Assembly: GCA_028826165.1 (NCBI GenBank)
Contig: JAPDFW010000110.1
Span: 62,001 to 126,000, forward strand
Reading direction: 5' to 3'
DNA from: Anaeramoeba ignava BMAN
Taxonomy: Eukaryota > Protista > Anaeramoebae
DNA: 64,000 bases
Shown one piece after another: positions 36,209-47,949 of the stretch (its first letter is position 1; each line of letters starts with the position of its first letter). The position numbers were made by a program, and so were the translations under genes. The notes beneath the pieces are model-generated. The model was not told the DNA's origin, did no database searches, and saw only the letters and a program-made list of their open reading frames with translations.

Positions 36209-39200
36209 TTAATTATCCTTAAAAATTGAATCAAAAAAAGATTCCATTTTTTCTTGATCTTTTTTTGTAAAATCTGAATCTAATTCATCTTGATTTGAAT
36301 TATTTTGGAGATTTCTTGTTTGATAAGAAGGAGGAAAGAAATATTCATAGTTATTTTTTTGTTCTTGAGTTAAAATATTTGGATGAATATTTTTCTCTTG
36401 AAGAAATGAAGGGTTTTGATTTAAATAAGAAAATTCTTGTTCGAAGTTAAAATTTTGAGGTTGATAAAAGGAATTTTGTTGATTAGTGTTTGTCATTTCT
36501 CTTTGAATTTCTAAGTTTTTTAAGAGAGTATTGAAGTCACCAAATTTTGCGAATTCTTCATTTGGTTGGAAGTCATCATAATCTTCGTCTGATTCTGAAT
36601 GGATCATGATATTTTTATTAATTGATTGATTTAAATTTGGAATTGAATTTGAATTTGAATTTAAATTTGAAATTGAATTTGAATTTAAATTTGAATTTGA
36701 AATTGAATTTGAAATTGAAATTGAATTTAAATTTGAATTTGAATTTGAAATTGAATTTAAATTTGAAATTGAATTTAAATTTGATTTATATTCTTGTTTT
36801 GAATTTAAATTTGAATTTGAATTTGAATTTGATTCTGAATTTGAATTTGAAATTGAATTTAAATTTTAATTTGAATTTAAATTTGAAATTGATTTTGAAT
36901 TTTAAATTTGAATTTGAAATTGAATTTGAATTTGATTTAGATTCTTGTTTAAATTTAGATTTAGATTTAGATTCTTGTTTAGATTCTTGTTTAGATTCTT
37001 GTTTTGAATTTGAATTTGAATTTGAATTTGAATTTGAATTTGAATTTGAATTTGAATTTGAATTTGAAATTGAATTTGATTTAGATTCTTGTTTTGAATT
37101 TGAAATTGATTTATATTGCTGTTTTGAATTTGATTTAGATTCTTGTTTAGATTTAGATTTAGATTCTTGTTTAGATTTAGATTTAGATTCTTGTTTAGAT
37201 TCTTGTTTTGAATTTGAATTTGAATTAGATTGTTGTTTAGATTTAGATTTAGATTCTTGTTTAGATTCTTGTTTTGAATTTGATTTAGATTCTTGTTTAG
37301 ATTCTTGTTTTGAATTTGATTTAGATTCTGAATTTGAATTTGAATTTGATTTAGATTCTTGTTTTGAATTTGAATTTGAATTTGATTTAAATTCTTGTTT
37401 TGAATTTGAATTAGATTCTTGTTTAGATTTAGATTCTTGTTTAGATTTATATTCTTGTTTTGAATTTGAATTAGTTTTTGATGAGATTTTCTTTTTAATT
37501 GAAATTTTTTGTGATGAATTAAATGAAAAATCATTATTCTCATTATCTTTATCGGTTCTTTTAAATTCCTTTTGAATTTCTGATCGAATTTCTTGAACTT
37601 TAGTATTCCAATTAAAAGCAAGATTGAAATTTTTCAGTTTTTTCATCAAAAACAATAATATTTGAATCCATTAAAAAATCGATGAAATCTTTAATTCTAC
37701 TAAGGCAAGTCTTGATTTTGTTTTGAGAAACTGGAGTATTAAGAAGTGAATTATGAAAATTTTCCAAAATTCTCAGACCAAATAAAGAGCGGTCAATATC
37801 AATAACTTGTTTTGAAAAAGAAAAAGGTTTTTCAACATTAATTCGATCTGAATCATTATCATTTTCATCTTCATATAAAGAAAACTCTTTAATAATATCC
37901 AAACTAATAACAGAACAATAGTTAACAAAATTTTCCATCATATCACGCAGCGATTTTGCGTTTTTGAGTTGGGAATGTTTAAAAGCAAAGTTTGATTTTT
38001 CCTCAGGAACTTTTATCAGATTAAAAACAATATCCTTGTTTTCTTGAATCCAAGGGATTATTGCGCAAATTTCAGAAGTTAAGTTGCGATGAGTGACTTC
38101 TTGTTGGAAAATCTTTGACAGGAATGCGTGTAGCATTTGTTGAGAATATAAACCCAAAACAGTATCATTCTTGTGAGTCGAATAGAAGAAGACGAGAATA
38201 ATCAAAACTTGAAGAACTGAAGAAATTCCTAAAATGGATTCTTGGTGTTGACTGTCCCATTTCTGGAAGTATTTGGATTGGATCAATTTCTCAAAAAGGT
38301 TTATTGAGTTTCTAAGCCGAGATTTGAAAAGATTTAAGTCAACCTTTGAGATGATTTGGTAAGTGAGATGAATAAATGTTGTTGAGAAAAAAAGAAGCAT
38401 TTCCTTTTCGGTCAATTTCTTAGAAACATCCCATTTGGGGATTTTATCCATAACAAGTTGGTTTTGACTGAATAATTTCATGAGATTTTCCTTTGATTGT
38501 TTTGGAAGAGCTTCTGATAAAAAGACCACGAACAAGGAAAAATAGCGAGAGTAGATTGTGATTTTTCTCGCTTTCTAAAATGGCAAAAAAATTAAAAGCG
38601 TATTCTTGTTTGGGATAAATTTGAATGGCTTGTTGATAATAATTGGAAATTTTGTGCGGCTCCATTTCTGAATTGCCAGTGAAATATTGAATATATCGAT
38701 GAATATCCCCGAGATGAAGAAGAATAACGCTTGCTTGTTTTTTGATTTGAAGCAATGTTTTAACATCCAAATTTTGTGATTTTATATTGATTGAAAAATG
38801 ATCAACAAAAAAATAATTGAAATCAACCCATTTTTTTTCTTTAAAATTTGATTTTTTTGAATCAATTATATTGAAGTATTGGGAAATGAGAGATAAAATT
38901 TGCTCAAAAAATACTTTAGTTTTCGAAAGAAAATCTGTGATATTTTTTTGAAGATAACGATTTTCTTTGTTGAATTCAAATTTTGTTCTTGAATTTTGAA
39001 CAATTGGATAAACAATTTCTTTCCAAAAAATCCCAACAATATTTTTTTCTGATGAAAAAGTGATATTTTCATTGAAAAGTGTTTTTATTTTTTCCATTAA
39101 TTTTTCTAAATTTTCAAAAAGTGAATTCCAACTAATTTGTTTTGTTGATTCTTGAAAGGATTCTTTTTTAAAAACGTTTGTAAATTTTGAAAATTGATTT

Positions 39201-39223
39201 TGAATTTGAGAAAAAATTTCCAT
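36209..39223 (-). CDS. SMG7/Est1-like 14-3-3/TPR protein with long S/K/Q/N low-complexity tail; frame breaks at ~38490, ~37630 and ~36790-36900 (3' end uncertain)
   Basis: LLHLGDIHRY...YYQQAIQIYPKQEYAFNFFAIL...LSLFFLVRGL...ENL matches the Est1/SMG5-7 TPR pattern; consecutive ORFs overlap in shifted frames. Confidence 0.6.
36620..37470 (-). repeat. Coding-type hexamer/18-mer repeats encoding (NS)n and KQESKS
   Basis: Read directly; produces spurious ORFs on other frames and the other strand. Confidence 0.85.
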
Positions 39224-39330
39224 TTTAAAAAAATTAATTAAAAAAAAATGAAAAAAAAAAATAAAAGGAAAAAAATTTTTTTTCATTTTTTTCATTTTAA
39301 AAACCAATTTAAAAACAAAATACATTTAAA

Positions 39331-42300
39331 ATGTCTACAAAAAAATTATTTCAAGGAATTAGATTTTATCTTTCTTTTAATTCACAAAAAAAATATAAAG
39401 GATTAATTGAATCAAATGGAGGTCAAATTACAAATGAATTAGGAAATGGAGTGAAATATTTAGTCATAAAATCATCAGAATTATTGACAATAAAAAGACA
39501 TTTAGAAAACATAAAGAAATTCAATATAAAAATTATAAAAGGAAAATTTATAAAAGAATGGATTGAAAAAGGAAATTTATTCAATCAAGAAAATAGGTTT
39601 GTAATTCAACCTGAAAAAGAGATTTTGGAAACAAGAAACAAATCAAAATCATTGAAAGTTGAAAAGGAAGTTGTTGATTTTTTGCATAAAATTAGAAGAA
39701 GACAATCTATTGATCAATTTGATTGTGTTACTGTTACTATTGAACTTTTGAAAAAGGTTATTCAAAATTGCACTAAAAATTCTCAATTATTTCAAAGGGT
39801 TAAATCAATAGGAGAAATGATTAGTGATTCTGATCCTGATTGTAAAAAATATTTAATTAAATTAAAATTAAAATTCATTTATAAAATTCATTTATAAATT
39901 TAAAATTCATTTATAAAATTAAAATTCATTTATAAAATTAAATTTAAAATTCATTTATAAAATTAAATTTAAAATTAAAATTAAAATTAAAATTCATTTA
40001 TAAAATTCATTTATAAAATTAAAATTCATTTATAAAATTCATTTATAAATTTAAAATTAAAATTAAAATTAAATTTAAAATTAATTAAAATTAAAATTAA
40101 AATTAAAATTAAATTAAAATTAAAATTTATTTATAAAATTAAATTTAAAAATTAAAATTCATTTATAAAATTCATTTATAAAATTCATTTATAAAATTAA
40201 AATTAAAATTAAAATTAAAATTAAAATTAAAATTAAAATTAAAATTAAAATTAAAATTAAAATTAAAATTAAATTTAAATTTAAAATTAAAATTAAAATT
40301 AAAATTCATTTAAAATTAAAATTAAAAATTAAAATTAAAATTAAATTTAAAATTAAAATTAAAAATTATTCGATAGTTCTTTCAATTGGAAATATTATCA
40401 GAAAAGTATTATTTTTTATTCGAACAGAATATTCAAATACACTAGAACAAATCAATAAAAATCAAGAAACAAAAAAAGTTGATTTTGTTCAACTTCAAGA
40501 TGAACCAGAAACTTTCAAAAGATCATTTAATAAATTTCACAGATCAAGATCATTATCAGATTTTCTTGCAGTTGAATTTGATTCAACTTCTGCAATGTTT
40601 ATTAATGATGAAGATGAAGATGAAGACGAAGATGAAGATGAGATTGAATTTAGTTTATCAAATCAAAAAAATAGATCTTTTAATTTTGATGAAGATTCAT
40701 TAAAAAAACATTTAAATATAGAAAAAGATAAAAAAGATAAAGATAATAAAGAAAAAAATAAAAGAGATAAAGATAAAGAAAATAGAGAAAATACTGATTA
40801 TTCAGATACTTCAACTGAAAAAGGTGAAGTTTCAACTGAAGAAATTGAAGAAGATGATGATGACGATGGAGAACTTGAATCTGATGATGAAATTACTGTT
40901 GATGATTATTCAAAAACTGATCTTCTAAAATTGGATCATTCAAATGAAGATTTAAGATCAAAAGTTTTGGCTAAAATTATCTCATATAGTGAAGAATTGA
41001 ATTTAACTTTTGATGAAATTTCTGCTCAAGGAGTTGAATTAATTCATGCAAAGTTTGTGAACAGATTTAAATTCATAATATTAAATAAATATTAAATAAA
41101 TATTAAAATATTAAATAATAATATTAAATAAATATTTAAATAATAATATTAAATAAATATTAAATAAATATTAAATAAATATTAAATAAATATTAAATAA
41201 ATATTAAATAAATATTAAATAAATATTAAATAAATATTAAATAAATATTAAATAATATTAAATAAATATTAAATAAATATTAAATAAATATTAAATAAAT
41301 ATTAAATAAATATTAAATAAATATTAAATAAATATTAAATAAATATTAAATAAATATTCAAATAAATATTTAAATAAATATTTAAATAAATATTAAAAAT
41401 AATATTAAATAAATATTATTAAAATATTTAAATATTAAATAAATAATAAATAAATATTAAATAAATATTAAATAAATATTAAATAAATATTAAATAATAA
41501 ATATTAAATAAATATTAAATAAATATTAAATAAATATTTAATAAATATTAAATAAATATTTAAATAAATATTAAATAAATATTAAATATTAAATAAATAT
41601 TAAATAAATATTAAATAAATATTAAATAATAATATTAAAATAATATTAAATAAATATTAAATAAATATTAAAAATAAATATTAAATAAATAAAAATAAAT
41701 ATTAAATAAATATTAAATAATATTAAATAAATATTAAATATTAAATAAATATTAAATAAAATATTAAATAATATTAAATAAATATTAAATAAATATTAAA
41801 TAAATATTAAATAAATATTAAATAATATTAAAATATTAAATAAATAATAAATAAATATTAAATAAATATTAAATAAATATTAAATAAATATTAAATAATA
41901 ATATTAAATAATAATATTAAATAATAATATTAAATAAATATTAAATAATAATATTAAATAATAAATATTCAAATAAATATTAAATAAATATAAATAAAAT
42001 TCAAATAAATATTAAATAAATATTAAATAAATATTTAAATAAATATTAAATAAATATTTAAATAAATATTAAATAAATATTAAATAAATATTAAATAAAT
42101 ATTAAATAAATATTAAAATATTAAATAAATATTAAATAAATATTAAATAAATATTAAATAAATATTAAATAAATATTAAAATAAAAATATTATTAAATAA
42201 TATAAATTAAATTAAATAAATATTAAATAAATATTAAATAAATATTAAATAAATATTAAATAAATATTAAATAATATTAAATAAATATTAAATAAATATT

Positions 42301-45300
42301 TAAATAATAATATTAAATAAATATTAAAATAAATATTAAATAAATATTAAATAAATATTAAATAAATATTAAATAAATATTAAATAATAATATTAAATAA
42401 ATATTCAAATAAATATTTAAATAAATATTTAAATAATAATATTAAATAATATTAAATAAATATTAAATAAATATTAAATAAATATTAAATAGTGAAATTA
42501 TTCTAACATTTGGATATTCAAAAGCGGTATTTGAACTTTTAAAAAGTGTTGCATCTCAACGAAGATTTCATGTTTTAATAACAGAAAACGCACCATCATT
42601 TGATGGACATGAAATGGCGATTGAAGTGAGTAAAAACAAGATCCAATCAACAGTAATAACGGATTCATCAATTTTTGCGATCATGTCAAGAGTAAACAAA
42701 GTAATAGTTGGAGCTCATATGATTTTTGCAAATGGAGGCATTTTAGCCAAATCAGGAATGTATATTGTGGCTGCAGCTGCAAAACAACATTCAGTTCCTT
42801 TTGTTGTTCTTTTTGGTTCGTATCAATTGTCTCCTTTTTATCCTCATGATCAAGATACTTTTAATACTTTGAAATCACCTTTTGGTTTGATTTCTGATGA
42901 TTTAAAAAATGTTTCAAGAGAAACGGAATTTATTAATCCTGGTTTTGATTATATTCCTCCTGGAATGATTACTTTATTTTTAAGCAATTTGTACATTTCA
43001 ATTATTTTTTCCGATTTCAATTTAATTCAAAAATTTAATTTAATTCAAAAATATAATTTAATTTCAAAAATATAATTTAATTTAAAAATATAATTTAATT
43101 CAAAAATATAATTTAATTCAAAAATATTATTTAATTCAAAAATATAATTTAATCCAAAAATATAATTTAATCCAAAAATATTATTTAATTCAAAAATATT
43201 ATTTAATTCAAAAATATTATTTAATTTAAAAATATAATTTAATTTAAAAATATAATTTAATTTAAAAATATAATTTAATTTAAAAATATAATTTAATTTA
43301 AAAATATAATTTAATTTAAAAATATAATTTAATTTAAAAATATAATTTAATCCAAAAATATAATTTAATTCAAAAATATAATTTAATTCAAAAATATAAT
43401 TTAATTCAAAAATATAATTTAATTCAAAAATATAATTTAATCCAAAAATATTATTTAATTTAAAAATATAATTTAATTCAAAAATATTATTTAATTCAAA
43501 AATATAATTTAATTTAAAAATATAATTTAATTTAAAAATATAATTTAATTTAAAAATATAATTTAATCCAAAAATATAATTTAATCCAAAAATATAATTT
43601 AATCCAAAAATATAATTTAATCCAAAAATATAATTTAATCCAAAAATATAATTTAATCCAAAAATATAATTTAATCCAAAAATATAATTTAATTTAAAAA
43701 TATTATTTAATTTAAAAATATTATTTAATTTAAAAATATTATTTAATTTAAAAATATTATTTAATTTAAAAATATTATTTAATTTAAAAATATTATTTAA
43801 TTTAAAAATATTATTTAATTTAAAAATATAATTTAATCCAAAAATTTAATTTAATCCAAAAATATAATTTAATTCAAAAATATAATTTAATTTAAAAAAT
43901 ATTATTTAATTTAAAAATATAATTTAATTTAAAAATATAATTTAATTTAAAAATATAATTTAATTTAAAAATATAATTTAATTTAAAAAAATATAATTTA
44001 ATTTAAAAATATAATTTAATTTAAAAATATAATTTAATCCAAAAATATAATTTAATTTAAAAATATAATTTAATTTAAAAATTTAATTTAATCCAAAAAT
44101 ATTATTTAATTCAAAAATATAATTTAATTTAAAAATATAATTTAATCCAAAAATATTATTTAATCCAAAAATACAATTTAATTCAAAAATATAATTTAAT
44201 TTAAAAATATAATTTAATCCAAAAATATTATTTAATCCAAAATACAATTTAATTCAAAATATAATTTAATTTAAAAATATAATTTAATCCAAAAATATAA
44301 TTTAATCCAAAATATTATTTAATTCAAAAATATTATTTAATTCAAAAATATTATTTAATTCAAAAATATTATTTAATTTAAAAATATAATTTAATTTAAA
44401 AAAATATAATTTAATTTAAAAATATAATTTAATTTAAAAATATAATTTAATCCAAAAATATAATTTAATTTAAAAAAATATAATTTAATTTAAAAATATA
44501 ATTTAATCCAAAAATATAATTTAATTTAAAAATATAATTTAATTCAAAAATATTATTTAATTTAAAAATATAATTTAATTCAAAAATATAATTTAATTTA
44601 AAAATATAATTTAATTTAAAAATATAATTTAATCCAAAAATATAATTTAATCCAAAAATATAATTTAATCCAAAAATATAATTTAATCCAAAAATATAAT
44701 TTAATCCAAAAATATAATTTAATTCAAAAATATAATTTAATTTAAAAATATAATTTAATCCAAAAATATAATTTAATTTAAAAATATAATTTAATCTAAA
44801 AATATAATTTAATCCAAAAATATAATTTAATTTAAAAATATAATTTAATTTAAAAATATAATTTAATTTAATAATATAATTTAATCTAAAAAATTTAATT
44901 TAATTCAAAAATATAATTTAATTTAAAAATATAATTTAATTTAAAAAATATAATTTAATTCAAAAATATAATTTAATCCAAAAATATAATTTAATTCAAA
45001 AATATAATTTAATTCAAAAATATTATTTAATCCAAAAATATAATTTAATTCAAAAATATTATTTAATTTAATAATACAATTTAATTTAAAAATATAATTT
45101 AATTTAAAAATATAATTTAATTTAAAAATATAATTTAATTTAAAAATATTATTTAATTTAAAAATATAATTTAATTCAAAAATATAATTTAATCCAAAAA
45201 TATAATTTAATCCAAAAATATAATTTAATTTAAAAATATAATTTAATTTAAAAATATAATTTAATCCAAAAATATAATTTAATTTAAAAATATAATTTAA

Positions 45301-45724
45301 TTCAAAAATATTATTTAATTTAAAAATATAATTTAATTTAAAAATATAATTTAATTTAAAAATATAATTTAATCCAAAAATATAATTTAATTTAAAAATA
45401 TAATTTAATTCAAAAATATTATTTAATTTAAAAATATAATTTAATTCAAAAATATAATTTAATTTAATAATATAATTTAATTCAAAAATATTATTTAATT
45501 TAAAAATATAATTTAATTCAAAAATTTAATTCAAATATTTTATCCGATTTCATTTTTAATTAAATTTTAATATTTTTTTTTGTTTTCTGTTAAATAATTA
45601 TAGAGGTGGCCAAACTCCTTCTTATATTTACAGACTTCTTCAAGAACATTATAGTCCTCGTGATTTATTTCTTGAAAAAAAAACTTTAAAAGAAAAAAAG
45701 GAAGAAAAAACTTTTTTTAATTAA
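39331..45724 (+). CDS. EIF2B2: eIF2B beta subunit with N-terminal BRCT-like domain; exons 39331-39841, 40377-41052, 42493-42990, 45604-45724
   Basis: SIGNIIRKVLFFIRTE, IHANEIILTFGYS, DSSIFAIMSRVNKVIVGAH..FANGG, NPGFDYIPP..LFLSNLGGQTPSYIYRLL; N-term LFQGIRFYL..IESNGG..KYLV..KFIKEWI is BRCT-like. Confidence 0.88.
39855..40368 (+). repeat. Intronic satellite (AAAATT)n / ATTCATTTATAAA
   Basis: Inside intron 39842-40376. Confidence 0.9.
41078..42490 (+). repeat. Intronic 12-mer satellite (AAATAAATATTA)n
   Basis: Inside intron 41053-42492. Confidence 0.9.
43020..45530 (+). repeat. Intronic 18-mer satellite TTTAATYYAAAAATATWA
   Basis: 18-nt periodicity (e.g. C at 43389 and 43407); inside intron 42991-45603. 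Confidence 0.92.
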
Positions 45725-45792
45725 ATAAAAAGAATAAAAAGAATAAATTTTCAATTTTCAATTCATTTTTTTCATTTTTTTTCTTTTTAAAA

Positions 45793-47573
45793 ATGAATGA
45801 AATTTTATTTTTTGGTTTCAATAAAAACCAAAATTTATCAAAAATAAACCAGAAATAATAACAAAACCAATTCAATTTAAATTTGAAAATGAAAATGAAA
45901 ATGAAAATGAAAAACAAATTAAACAAATTTCAACAGGTTTTTTTTCAACAATTTTCCTTTTTGAAAATGGAAAAGCAATAGAATATTTAAAAGATTCAAA
46001 TCAAAATCCTGAAAAAATCCAAATTGAAGAAATTCAAATTGAAAATATTCAAAAAGTAACTGCTGGTGTTCATAATGAAGCTATTTTAACAATAGAAGGA
46101 AATGTATTTATAAAAGGTTTTATGTTAAATCCAAATCAATTTATCAATATTTCATCATTAATTGAAGATACAAATGATAGAATAATTAAAGATATTGCTT
46201 GTGTATCGAATTCAATTTACTTATTAACTTCAAATCAAAATGTTTATGGAATTGGTGATAATTATGCAGGTCAACTTGGTTTAGATTCTTTAATACTTAG
46301 AAAAGAAGAAAAACCAATTTTAATGATGAAAAATGTTTCTAAAATATTTTCAGGAAATTCTTCACTTTATGTTTTTCTTTTAAATTCAAATCAAGAATTA
46401 TTTGGATGCGGATATAATTATTCTGGTCAAATTGGATTAGGAGAATCAAGAAAAGAAGCATATATCAAAAAATTAACCAAAATCCAAAATATTCCAAAAG
46501 GCAAAATAATTGATATTCAATGTGGAGGATTCCATTCAATAATGTTGATTGAAGATGAAGATCAAAATCCAAAAAGAAAGCTTTATTCATGTGGAAATTA
46601 TCAAGTTAATGGACTTGGGAAAAATGAAGATACTTATGAATTTACTGAAATCAAATCATCTTTATTTGAAAATGATGATAATATTCTTGATTTTTCTTGT
46701 GGAAATTCTCATACTTTGATTTTAACATCCAATTCAAAAATGATCGGATTTGGAAATAATTCTAATGGTAAATTAGGAACTGGAGATACAAATGATCAAT
46801 CAATTCCAATTCAAATTGAACTTCCTAAATTAAGATTTAGTGAAAATATTTTCAGTTACCATATTCTTTGTGGAAATGAAAATTCATTTCTTTATTATTC
46901 TCCTCCTTCTTTTTCCAATCTTGAAGAAGATTTGATAAAATTATTTGAAAGAAAAGAATTTTGTGATATTTCATTTAAAACCAAAAATGGAGAAATAATT
47001 GAAGCTCATAAATTAATATTGAAATATAGATTAAATCAAAATCAAAATCAAAATGAAATTGAAAAACTTCAAGAAATTATTTCAAAAAAATCAATTAAAG
47101 AATCAAATCAAATATTTGAAATGATTTATTCAAACAAATCTACAATAAATCCAAAATTATATTCCGAAATCAAAGAAATTATAAATTCAAATGAAAAAAT
47201 AGAAGAAACAATGAAAAGAATTTATTTAAATGAAAATGAAAAAGAAAAAGATTTTATTATTGAAAGAAAAGAAAAACAATATAAATTTCCTAAATTAATA
47301 TTAATAATGAGAAGTGAATTATATCGAGGAATGTTTTTATCTGTAACAGAAGATACTTCTAATAAAGTTACAGATTATAGTGAATTAAGTAATAAATCAT
47401 TTCAAATATTTGAATATTGGATTTATTCAAATCAAATTAAAGATGAAATTCAAATTACACAAGAAATGATTGAAGAAATTCAAATTGGAATTGATTATTT
47501 TCAATTAAATCAAACACATCCAAATTTATTTGATTTATTAATTAAAAAATTTAATAATCAAAATCAAAATTAA
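45793..47573 (+). CDS. RCC1-repeat + tandem BTB protein, inverted relative to the array; 1-nt deletion near 45830 (error or pseudogene)
   Basis: ATG 45793 MNEILFFG as in paralogs; frame lost at AACCAAAATTT, then continuous into ORF 46122; GxNxxGQLG repeats, EFCDISF..AHKLIL, RSELYRGMF. Confidence 0.8.
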
Positions 47574-47910
47574 AATTAAAATCAAAATTAAAATTAAAAT
47601 TAAAATCAAAATTAAAATTAAAATTAAAATTAAAATTAAAATTAAAATCAAAATCAAAATTAAAATTAAAATTAAAATCAAAATCAAAATTAAAATTAAA
47701 ATTAAAATTAAAATTAAAATTAAAATTAAAATCAAATTAAAATTAAAATTAAAATTAAAATCAAATTAAAATTAAAATCAAATTTGAAATTAAAATCAAA
47801 ATCAAAATCAAAATCAATATTAAAATTGAAATTAAAATTAAAACCAAAATTAAAATTAAAACCAAAATTAAAATTAAAATCAAAATTAAAATTAAAACCA
47901 ATATTAAAAT
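47555..47910 (+). repeat. (AAAATY)n hexamer tract continuing from the NQN C-terminus into the intergenic region
   Basis: Read directly. Confidence 0.85.
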
Positions 47911-47949
47911 TGAAATAAAAAAATTGTTTTTCATTTGAATTTTAATTTT

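Noticed and set aside
39224-39325. Phe-rich N-terminus of ORF 38444-39325
   Set aside because: Translation of the bidirectional promoter; the likely start is ATG 39223
43020-45530. Regular repeats as a CRISPR array or telomere
   Set aside because: Head-to-tail 18-mers with no unique spacers, no cas genes, not G-rich, and located within a GT-AG intron
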